Shown here: positions 26,502-37,734 of the stretch, piece after piece
How positions within the stretch are numbered: the first letter of the stretch is position 1
How the letters are laid out: the number at the start of each line of letters is the position of its first letter
From: Octopus bimaculoides
Lineage: Eukaryota
Assembly (NCBI RefSeq): GCF_001194135.2
Contig: NC_068982.1
Span: 163,801,425 to 163,865,424, forward strand
Reading direction: 5' to 3'
DNA: 64,000 nucleotides
Notes under the pieces: generated by a model
The model's database searches: none
What the model was told of the DNA's origin: nothing
What the model saw: the letters and a program-made list of their open reading frames with translations, nothing else
Translations under genes and position numbers: made by a program

Positions 26502-27239
26502 GGGTAGGCTGGTTTATAGGGTTACCCTGAGTTTCTCGCTCATAAGGGGTTTTCAATAGAATTCACAGTCAACTCTGAAATAATGTTTCATATATGAATA
26601 CGTCTATGTATATACAAATATGCTCGAGGCAATTATGTGGATAAGCAAATTAGATACATTAAATATATTAAATATAATAGTTTGGATATCCACATAATTA
26701 CATCTATATCCACTCAACTTGATCCCTCTTACAGCCATTCTTTACCTTTCGGAATCGATCCCCTGTAAAGACATTGGAGTCTAAGTTTGAATCTTTTGAG
26801 CACTACTAAGTGTTTTCTATATTGAAAATCTCTGGATCTCATCTGTGGACTATATATATACATGTTTGTATATAATGTATGTATATTATGTATATGTATG
26901 TGTGTCTGTGTTTTTGTTAGCATGTAACCATGTCTACACATCACATGGTGGTTGTAAATGAGCATCATCGTCTTACAAGTGAGGCTGATTGTTTCCAGTA
27001 TTCCATGAAAAAAAAAATGTCTGGCCTTGGAGAAATGTTACCTTGTTTGGAAACAGGTGAGGGTTGGTGACAGAAAAGCCATTTGCCTGTAGAAAATCTG
27101 CTGCAAGAAATCCTATCTGATCCATGGAAGCATGGAAAAGTGGACATTAAATGATATATGCATGTAGATGTGTGTGAATGTGTATTTATACACCCGTACA
27201 TACAAACATATACATACATACATACATGATGGCTGCGCC

Positions 27240-28030
27240 CTTGCTATCAAGTATGGCCATTGCACGAGGCTTAACTGTTAACGGTGCTGTGATTGAACAT
27301 GACTTTTTAGCCCAGCTAAAGATCTACAATGGCTTGTACAGAATTGGCAGCTAAAACCTTTACCAGCAATAGACAGCTGTAGTTGTAACTGGGCTTCATG
27401 TACCTTTGCATGTCATTTAAGTCCTCCCACTGAATTACACTCCATTCCATATGCCTGACAGATATGATTAGTATGGTGTGTAGCACCACCATCATTGGCC
27501 TGGTTGTCAATCATCGGTCTCGCTTTATGACTACGAAGATGACTCTTGAATCAAGCTTTACTGAGGCAGGGTCTTGCACAGACACTGCATGTCAGTATCA
27601 TAGGATGACCCTTACCATCTGGAAGTGCAACAGCGATGTCCTTCCTGACATCCCTCCTTACTTTCTCATGTGCAACTTGAAATTCCTCAGAAGTAGCTGT
27701 CCCCTCATACACAGCCAATGAATCATCTATATGTTCATCATTTTCTTTAAACTAATCTTGATGTTTTCTTTGTATCAATCCTAGAACTTTCCTGACATTT
27801 TAAGGGTCAGCCAATCCTCCCCAGTATCTGCAACATTCATTTACTTTCGTAAAGTTCTCTTCACACTATTACACCTAAGATGATCAACATTCAATCTTTT
27901 AGACAGGGTAATATCTGCAGCCCAGATTTTACGTTTTGTGATTAATTTCGCTTTTGCATGTAATAGGTGGTGGTCACTCCAATACTCAGCCCCAAGAAGT
28001 ACACGAACACACTGCACATCTCGTCTGTCA
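27240..28030 (-). mobile_element. decayed RTE LINE: endonuclease C-terminus and EN-RT linker
   Basis: DVQCVRVLLGAEYWSDHHLL matches the APE endonuclease terminal 'SDH' motif; many stops downstream. Confidence 0.75.
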
Positions 28031-28525
28031 CCCATAACAAGTATGTGTATTTATACACCCTATACATGCACACACAAACATATACATACATGCATACATA
28101 CATACATACATACATACATACATACATGCACACACACACACACACACACATCATTTATAGTCATCCTTATTATAATATCATCATTTAAGCGTTACACTTT
28201 ATCATGCTTTCAGAAACGCGTGCATGCATGTGCTGACTCACATGTATAAACATTAACAAGCACAATACATAATTATAGTCGTGTTATATGTGTAGATAAG
28301 CAACCATATAATTAAATGTTTTATTGCATGTGTCTGAATGGATATCTGTGATCTTCAGTGAATGAGTTATAACCAAAAGTAGAAATGTTGGAGAAGTGTT
28401 GATTTATGTGAGTTGTGATGTCATCCAAATGTGGATATATATGTCTGTCACCTTGTGAAAAGTTCTACATACTATTACGCCTACACGTCCATAAAAGCAC
28501 AGCTATATATTTGTCCGTCTGTCAG

Positions 28526-28564
<39 letters not shown>

Positions 28565-29196
28565 NNNNNNNNNNNNNNNNNNNNNNNNNNNNNNNNNNNN
28601 NNNNNNNNNNNNNNNNNNNNNNNNNNNNNNNNNNNNNNNNNNNNNNNNNNNNNNNNNNNNNNNNNNNNNNNNNNNNNNNNNNNNNNNNNNNNNNNNNNNN
28701 NNNNNNNNNNNNNNNNNNNNNNNNNNNNNNNNNNNNNNNNNNNNNNNNNNNNNNNNNNNNNNNNNNNNNNNNNNNNNNNNNNNNNNNNNNNNNNNNNNNN
28801 NNNNNNNNNNNNNNNNNNNNNNNNNNNNNNNNNNNNNNNNNNNNNNNNNNNNNNNNNNNNNNNNNNNNNNNNNNNNNNNNNNNNNNNNNNNNNNNNNNNN
28901 NNNNNNNNNNNNNNNNNNNNNNNNNNNNNNNNNNNNNNNNNNNNNNNNNNNNNNNNNNNNNNNNNNNNNNNNNNNNNNNNNNNNNNNNNNNNNNNNNNNN
29001 NNNNNNNNNNNNNNNNNNNNNNNNNNNNNNNNNNNNNNNNNNNNNNNNNNNNNNNNNNNNNNNNNNNNNNNNNNNNNNNNNNNNNNNNNNNNNNNNNNNN
29101 NNNNNNNNNNNNNNNNNNNNNNNNNNNNNNNNNNNNNNNNNNNNNNNNNNNNNNNNNNNNNNNNNNNNNNATATATATGTATATATAAAAAATTTA

Positions 29197-29290
29197 CTGA
29201 ATGAGATAAAAATCCAAGGCTGTGAAAGATTTCAGAACATTTATAAATGTTCTGAAATCTTTCACAGCCTTGGATTTTTATCTCATTCTG
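29197..29290. mobile_element. 94-bp palindromic Tc1/mariner-like MITE
   Basis: TA|CTGAATGAGATAAAAATCC...GGATTTTTATCTCATTCTG|TA; perfect pairing 29199-29288 centred on TTATAA. Confidence 0.7.
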
Positions 29291-29339
29291 TAATTTTTTT
29301 TATATATGCACATGCTGATATATGACCTATGTTGGACTC

Positions 29340-30100
29340 CTCATATACTTTTAATTTCGTGCATGCGCATTGTTTGTTTTTGATTTTGTCAACTACACAA
29401 TATAGTAGGGTCAGTTGGACACTGTCTGTAAGAAAAAACAGCACTATGATGCAATTTACTCTGTCAGAAATTTGGAAACGTCGTACTATACTGCTTGGCA
29501 TTCATGCTGGAAGCTCCAATATGAACATTTCAGAGTGTTTTGGTATCAATCTGAGGACAGTGCAATCTGAGGACATGTATCGAGAGTGATAAAAATCAAA
29601 CATCCAGTCAACATCATAGTATTTGGAGTGATCACTAGTGATGGCGACGTTATGCCTCCATTTATCTTCACACACGGCCTCCGACTCAACACGGAAGCCT
29701 ACATCAAGTATCTCTAGGAGGTACTGCTGCCCTGGGTCAAGAGTATGGCTGCTGAAAGACAACAGGACTCTGGCAACAGGACTCTGGCAACAGGACTCTG
29801 GCAACAGGACTCTGCATTATGCCACACAAGCAGGAGAACCCAGTCATGGCTGTCAGACAATTCCTGCGAATACATTTCCCCTAACATCTGGCCACTTAAC
29901 TCCTCAGACTGCAACCTCCTTGATTATTATGTGTGTGGCGCAGTTGAACGAGAGACCAACAAATCTCTTTGTAATACCAAAGATGAACTGAACGCAAGGA
30001 TTATGACAGCATTCACCAACTTAAACAAGTTGTAGGTGATTCTGAAGTTGTCTGACGGCTGTGGTCGAAACCAATGGCGATTTTATTGAATAAATTTACT
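29340..30100 (+). mobile_element. internally deleted DD37D (maT-type) Tc1/mariner transposon
   Basis: N-terminal HTH MQFTLSEIWKRRTILLGIHAGSSNMNISECFG; VFGVITSDGDVMPPFIF; QQDSA...NSSDCNLLDYY with 37 residues between the two Asp. Confidence 0.9.
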
Positions 30101-30527
30101 GTTTGAGTTATGTCATACTGAAGACAGTAAAGGGTAATACATCCCTGAACTAGAAATCGATCTATGGCTAAATCTTTATTAAAAAAAACTCTTTTGTTCA
30201 TTTCCCTCACTTTCAGCCTGTGTCTATGTGATGAATAAGGTAGTTTTAGAGCCATTTGGAGTCTACTTCTAGCTTGTGACACCACTCAGTAGTTGCCCTT
30301 ATTATAATTATATTTATAAAATTAAATATTTTGTATTAATTTTTACCCAAATAGTTTATTAATTGCTAGCTACTTGATAAAATCCTATACAGATTTTATC
30401 CTTGATTATAATGACACACACACTCACACACGCGAATATATGTATATATGTACACATGCATAATGTGATTATGTAACTATATGTGTATATGTATGTATAT
30501 ATATATGTATATGTATATATATGTATA

Positions 30528-30559
<32 letters not shown>

Positions 30560-30673
30560 CACATATATATGTACGTACATACATGCATACATACACACAC
30601 ATGTATATATATCTATACATATATATATACATATATACACATATATATACACATACATACATACATACATACA

Positions 30674-30705
<32 letters not shown>

Positions 30706-30706
<1 letters not shown>

Positions 30707-32065
30707 CAGGTCATCCCATAAGTTCTATCTGAATTTTGAATAAAGAAAATAAGTGATCAAATGTTATATTTAATTGAAATTTAATCATCAATGTACATAC
30801 CCTGAATCTCTATGACTTCCTTCCATCTATTTACAAGCTTTTTAATCCCATCAATGTAAAACTCTTGGTTTTAAAGCGAAGAACTTTGAAATGTGAGTTT
30901 TGACCTCCTCCTGGCTTGCGAAAGTTATGTCCCTCAAATGATTCTGTAAACTACGAAACAAATGGTAGTCTGAAGGAGCAAGGTCGGTAGAATAAAATGA
31001 ATGAGGAATTTTTTTCCAAACCAAGCTCTTCGATCTTCTGTGATGTGATCTTTGCAGTGTGGGATCGTACATTGTCCTGATGAAACATCACTCCTTTTCG
31101 ATTCACTAAAACGGGTCTTTCTTTTCTTCAAAACTTGGTTCAAACACTCTAATTGCTGACAGTAGACTTGAGCATTGATTGTTGCATTAGGTGGTAACAA
31201 TTCAAAGTGAATTACTCCTTTGCAAACCCACCAGATAGAGAGAAGAACCTTTTTCCCATGAAGTTCCCTTCTCGGTTGTGGTTGAGCTTTTTCCCTTTTA
31301 CCAAGCCACTGTTTATGACGTTTAACATTTCGATAGAAGATCCATTTTTCGTCACCAGTCACAAGTCTATCCAAAAAGGGTGAAATAAGTTCACGAGAAT
31401 GGAGAGAAGAGCAGATGTCAACTTGGGATTTGCGGTTGCTTTCGGACAATTCATGAGGCACCCATTTTCCAAGTTTAGGAACCTTTCCAAGTTGTTGAAG
31501 ATGATGATGAACAGTTGTATGGTTTGAACTAAGTTTTATTGCCAATTCTTCAACTGATAATGCAGGATTTTCTTCAAGTAATGCCTCAAGGAGCTAATCA
31601 AACTTAACTGGACGTCCTGTTCGATCTTCATCTCCAAGGCTGAAATCTCCACTTCTGAATTTTGCAAACCATCTTCTGCAAGTTCTTTCATTCTAGCAGT
31701 CTTTACCATAAACTGAGTGTATGTTTCGAGTCGCTTCGGCTGCAGAGTTTCCTTTTTTGTACTCATAAAGTATTATATGTCTCAAATGCTCTTGGATATT
31801 TCCATGTTAGAAATGGTTTTAATCAAAGAAGTTTTAATTCTATTATTCTGTAAAATAATATTTAATTATTTCGTATGTGTATTTGGTGTGCGTGTGTTTA
31901 TTACCGGCATAATGCCTCACCCAAGGTTTAATAATATTTAATTAGTTTAACTGTACACAAATGCATAAAAGTAATTTTTTATTCCATTAGACATTCTAAA
32001 ATACTATTAAATTTCAATCAATTTTAAAAAAGGTAAAATCGGACAGAACTTATGAGATGACCTAA
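30706..32065 (-). mobile_element. full-length, frameshifted DD34D mariner with TIRs
   Basis: TIRs TCAGGTCATCCCATAAGTTCT / AGAACTTATGAGATGACCTAA with TA on both flanks; WVPHEL, LVTGDEKW, HQDN..., YSTDLAPSDYHLF; 34-residue spacing after correcting one +1 frameshift. Confidence 0.95.
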
Positions 32066-32089
32066 TATATATATGGCCGCCGCCCATAC

Positions 32090-32480
32090 AACACCTAATT
32101 CTCCTGAATTTCACCTGTTTGTGCCTCAAGGCTTTCACTCCACATGTCACCTCAACTTAACTCGTCCTTATTAGTCAAAAGACACCTGTTGTTATTCTCC
32201 TGCTGCTTGTATTTGTAAACGTGTAATATTTTCTCCATTTTCTCGTTTTTTTTTGTCTATGTTGTTGTACACATTCACTTGCTTTCTTCCCAAAATTTCA
32301 TGCTCTTAGCTTAGAATTGTGGGGCCAACCAACTTTGAACAGTCCCGAGTGTAACAGACCAAAACTGTAATAATAATTGGAAACTTGACTGATGAAGAGA
32401 AAGCCACGAATGATCCGTCCTGGTTTTTCCTGTCCATCTTTGTATCGTCTATCTGTCCCTATGTTTTTATTGTCATCCGT
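32090..32480. repeat. probable interspersed-repeat remnant, possibly a Penelope-like terminal repeat
   Basis: Non-microsatellite, CpG-containing block with a degenerate CTGATGA...GAA...GTC motif; family assignment is inference. Confidence 0.3.
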
Positions 32481-32500
32481 TACGTTCTTATTCCATTTTG

Positions 32501-32540
<40 letters not shown>

Positions 32541-32544
<4 letters not shown>

Positions 32545-32739
32545 TGTGGCCAAAAGTTTAGAAAATTAAAAAAAAAAAAAATTGTTATGCCAAATACGAT
32601 TAGATTCAAATATACAATGTAGAGACATACTGTCCTAATAACTGATCCAATGGCCATTTATATATTAAATATAACTTCGGACATTTAATATAAAAATTCT
32701 AATTTTCAGCCCGATGTTCCAAACTTTTGGCCATGACTG
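32541..32739. mobile_element. ~200-bp Tc1-like non-autonomous element
   Basis: Terminal inverted repeats TAGTTGTGGCCAAAAGTTT / AAACTTTTGGCCATGACTG, followed by TA. Confidence 0.8.
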
Positions 32740-32745
32740 TATATA

Positions 32746-34046
32746 TGTGGGGCTACTCAAGAGAAACCAGAAATTTGCAATATTATTTCATTCACTAAGT
32801 TTTACAGGTTTACACTTTTATCTCCTTCAAAGTATTCTCCATTTGAAGCAATGCGTTGGTCCAGACACGATTTCCATTATTCAAAGCAGTCCTTGAACTT
32901 TTGCAATATGATGCATTTTAACACCTTCGTCGTTTTTTTCTTCACCTCTTCAATATCTGCAAAATGTTTTCCTTTAAGGGGGAACCAAGAAAGTCGCAGG
33001 GAGCAAGATCAGGGAAATTTAGATTGTAGGTAAGCGAGGTTATGCCATTTTGGGTCAAAACTGTCTCACGCTCAAGGCAATGTGTGCAAGCGCATCATTG
33101 TGATGAAACTACCACTCTTCCACTTTGACACTGGTCGGGGCGTTTTTGTCTCACCGCATCTCATAAATGCTTCAAAACTTCCAAGTAAAATATCTTGTAA
33201 ACAGTTTGACCAAAAGGAACAAATTCTGTAAGGACAATTCCTTTCGAATCGATGAAACAAATCAGCGTCGTCTTGACATTTAACTTCACTTTAACGCACT
33301 TGTTTTTGGGTGTAGTGACATTGAATGCTTCCATTGATTGCTGCTTCGTTTCCAGATCGTAGCTGTAGCACCAGCTTTTGTCACCAGTGATGACCTTCGA
33401 AAAAAGGTTCAAATCAACTTCCAACTGTTCTTTCAGTTCACAACACACATTCAGTCATAACTGCCTTTGATCATCCATGAGCAAGCGAGACACGAGTTTT
33501 GCTGCAACTCTTTTCATTTGCAACTCCTCGCTAAAAATCTGTTGGCAGGACCTCCAGGACACACCAGTCATATTGACAAGTACGTCAATTGTTCGGCGAG
33601 AGTCCTCCATGATCAATTCATCAATTTTTGTGATGTTTCATTCATTCAGGAAGTCGATGATTGCCCTAAACAAGATTGGTCTTCAGGTGACAAGTGACCA
33701 TTCCTAAAATGTGGAAACCACTCATAAACTTGTGTTTGCTCATGGCAGCATCCTTGTAAGCTGTCTGAAGCATGACAACTGATTCAGCCACAGTTTTCCC
33801 CAGCAGAAAACAAAATTTCACGGAAGCATGCTGTTCCTTCGTTTCAGCCAACGCAAAAATCGATGAACAGGGAAGAAGCACTGCAAAAACAAACACGTGC
33901 CACGTGGCAGTACGACTTCACTCGACGCCACCGATTGGCAAACTGATATCCGAGAGTCGTATTAAGTGACCTCTAGCAGTGGAAGCCTGAACTATAATAG
34001 GCTTATCCTAGAGATAACGTTTCCAGTTACTTTTGGGTACCCCCTC

Positions 34047-34047
<1 letters not shown>
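32746..34047 (-). mobile_element. full-length decayed mariner, second family
   Basis: Diverged TIRs TGTGGGGCTACTCAAGAGAAACC and reverse complement AGAGGGGGTACCCAAAAGTAACT with TA flanks; KEQHASVKFCFLLGKTVAES N-terminus, VITGDKSWCYSYDLETKQQS. Confidence 0.92.
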
Positions 34048-34083
<36 letters not shown>

Positions 34084-35257
34084 TGTATGTATGTATGTAT
34101 GCATGCATATATGTATGCATGCATGCATGTATGTATATATGTATGCATGCATGTATGCTTGTATGTATGCTGTTCATGTTTAACCCTAGGCCAGTATTGA
34201 CTGAGCAGACCATGATCAAAAGCATTCCATCTTTTTACCTATCTGCAGGAGATCCAAACGCATATTATACATGTGTCCCCCCCTTTTTTAAAGACAAGTT
34301 GAAAGTTACTTGAAGAAAATATGACTACTATTTCTAGCAGGTAAATTGATTTCTTTTAGATTACTTTGTTGTCTTGTATATATATATTTAATTAAAATAT
34401 ACAAATATATATCTGCTTACCTGTCTCATTCTATGTGTGAGTGTGTATGTGTGTGTGCATGCAAGTGAGAATGAGTCAGAAAGAAATTCAATTTTTATTT
34501 CATGACTGTTGAATTTGATAAAGATGATGAAAATGGAATGCAACAAACAGTGAGACACTGATGCCATTTTGGAATGGACCTGTCTAATACATGCAAGCAT
34601 GGAAAATTGGATGTGTTGATAATAGCAATGATGATAATGATATATANNNNNNNNNNNNNNNNNNNNNNNNNNNNNNNNNNNNNNNNNNNNNNNNNNNNNN
34701 NNNNNNNNNNNNNNNNNNNNNNNNNNNNNNNNNNNNNNNNTATATATATATATATATATATATGAATAAATACATACATACATACATGCATACAATATAT
34801 ATATATATATATATATAAATGGTTGTTTTTATGTTCAGTTATAATAAAAATAATTTTACATTAAACTGATAGGTTACTTGATACTTTTGTAGAGTACATA
34901 TATTTATATATATATGAGTATACACATATATACATATACATACATATATTTATATATTGCTAATGATGACATATGCATGCATACTTACAAACATACATAC
35001 ATACATACATACATACATGCATGCATACATACATACATACACACCTATCTATATCTGTCTATATTCATATGTACACATATAAACATTTGTTAAGCAAGAC
35101 AGGTCTCAGAAAGTTGTTTATAACTTTTTATTCTTCCAGTAGCATCAATGATTTTGATATTATTACTGTTCTCGATTTTGAAAACAATGATGGTAACTGT
35201 TGATATGGATGATGTTGGATGTATTGCTGCCACCGTTGCTGCTCTTTCTGGTGGTGG

Positions 35258-35288
<31 letters not shown>

Positions 35289-36272
35289 ATGGATGCTGAT
35301 GTTGTGGATACTGATGATGATGATGATAATGGCGTTTGTTAAAGTATTTATAATAATTACAGCAATGCATATCTAATAGCTATTTGCTGAGACAAAATGT
35401 GCTTTTACTAATCAGTAGGATTTCAGCTAGGAAAGAAAACAATTGTGGTGAAATCTATCTAAAGCTATGTTGTACTGTTTCAGAAAGCCTACGTTCATTA
35501 AGAACTATCTCTCCCAATGGCTTTCAGGAATAAATAAGACGCTATAGAAATAACACTTACACTAGCTTCTCCTTACTTTTATATGCAATCACTGCAAATG
35601 GTTATCTCACTGGAGACGAAGAATGGATATTTTCTGATAGCCAGCTGACTTCATCTTCCTTTTCTCTCAAATGTTGTTCAAATATTAAATGAGTTCTTTA
35701 TTGCAAGAATATAGGAACATAAACTAAGACAGTATATATGTATGTGGAGGGGAAAAACTTAAACAAAATCGTTATCTTATTCCATTACACTTTGGTATAG
35801 CTATTAAAGACCTTGGTGCTTTTCTTATGAGCAGAAATATTCAGGAAAATGCAAACAGTGTTCTGTAATGCTAGCGTATTATCTTCACTGTTAAGTATAA
35901 AGGCAGACAGGTAAATGAATATGAGTCATTGTGAGTGAATTCAGATATATTTTTATCTGCAGACATAATAGCTACAATTAACACAAACTTTTGGAAGAAT
36001 GGATTGTCACAAAGTATTTATGGAGACTTGAAGGATGACAAAAGTGACTGGACAATGATAGTTCTTTACACAGGGAATAGATTAAATCCTTTAAAGGAAA
36101 TATGGTAAACGTGGCTATTCTGTGTGCTCCTGGCTTATGTATGATAATCAAATATAATACTTCAGAATTGAATTCATTTCTTGCCTATCAATATGTGTGT
36201 GAGTGTATGAGTGAGTGTGTGTGTATGTGTCTGAGAGAGAGAGAGAGTGTGTGTGAGAGACAGTGTGTATAG

Positions 36273-36343
<71 letters not shown>

Positions 36344-36661
36344 AATGGTGTTAGGGAGTTTCTGTTTATATTAATATTTCTATGTTGATGTACACAACAC
36401 ATATACATCTCTGTATTCATGTATGTTTTATATACTTATATGTATATATCTGTAAATACACACAGACACACATGCAAACAGTTTTTACATACATGTATGC
36501 TTATATACAAAAATCAGAAAGCAACTGGACATCTGCATGTTGAAAAATGGTGAGTTTAGTGAGTAAACTGTATAAGTAAATGAATTAGAACACAGTTACT
36601 GCAAACATGGAACAAAAGCAACTTGGAATTCATGACTTAGAAAAATGGATTAATTTCATAG

Positions 36662-36732
36662 CACTGGAAAACAGTCCTCTGAAATTAATGGCACAGTATG
36701 GGAAAAGCCTCAGACTCAGGTCTTATCCCAGG
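36662..36732 (+). CDS. candidate internal exon, unknown host gene
   Basis: Acceptor ttaatttcatag, consensus donor AGG|gtaagt; two open frames (ALENSPLKLMAQYGKSLRLRSYPR or TGKQSSEINGTVWEKPQTQVLSQ). Confidence 0.25.
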
Positions 36733-36889
36733 GTAAGTACAAGAATCTCACCATTGAACACTAGAATCTCACCTTTTATCATTGACTGTTCATAACACTG
36801 AATGGAAAGAGAGTCAAGCAAACAATAATGAGCCCAAATAATCAACTATCGTTAGTTTTCACATAAAATAATAAAAATTATTCAACTTA

Positions 36890-37270
36890 TAGGTGCAGGT
36901 ATGGCTGTGTAGTAAGAAGCTTGTTTCCCAACCACATGGTTTCAGGTTCAGTCCCACTGCATGTCTTCTACTATAGCCTTGGGCTTATGAGTGGATTTGG
37001 TAGACAAAAACTGAAAGAAGTTCGTTGTATGTTTGTGTGTTTGTGTGTGTGTGTGTGTGTGTGCGTGTTTGTTGTGTCTGTCCTCCACCACTACTTGACA
37101 ACTGGTGTTGATGTGTTTACGTCCCCATAAGTTAGCTGTTTGGCAAAAGTGATTGATGAAATAAGTACCAAGCTTAACAAAAATGAGCACTGGGGTCAAT
37201 ATATTTGACAAAAAAATCTTCAAGGAAGTGCCCCAGTGCGGCATCAGTCTAATGACTGAAACAATTCAAT
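36890..37270 (+). mobile_element. tRNA-derived SINE family A
   Basis: Head GGTGCAGGTATGGCTGTGTAGTAAGAAGC, internal (TG)n, tail GACTGAAACAA. Confidence 0.9.
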
Positions 37271-37484
37271 GATAAAATATAAAAACTAAAACTTATCTAA
37301 GATAAGAATTACCAGTCATGTGTTAAACATAGATTGAATTGCTCAATCTATTCTTATTGGGTCATCATCTCACCAGCAGTAGTATAAAACCTGAGCAAGC
37401 TAGAAGAAAGAAGAAAGTATAGAACTGAAGAGCAAAGCTGCTCATTTACAAAATAAATTGCCTTAGTGTGAGGTATGCAGTGTG

Positions 37485-37679
37485 GGCAGCCTGCATGAGA
37501 TGTGCTTAGTGGCATTTAGTTTGTTAGTACGTTCTGAGTTCAAATTCTGCCGAGGTTGACTTTGCTTTTCATTCTTTCGGAATCGATAAATTAAGTACCA
37601 GTTGTGTACTGAGGTCGATCTAATCAACTGGTCCCCTCCCCCAAAATTTCTGGCACTGTGCCTATAATAGAAAAGATTA
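37485..37679 (+). mobile_element. Nin-domain-like SINE
   Basis: Same core as the copy at 301. Confidence 0.85.
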
Positions 37680-37734
37680 CAATTAACGAAGATTTCACAA
37701 CCCATCAGGAATCACTGCTGGGAGGCTTAAGATA

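Noticed and set aside
29760-29815. Short direct repeats as a possible CRISPR-like array
   Set aside because: No spacers, eukaryotic context, and located inside a transposase.
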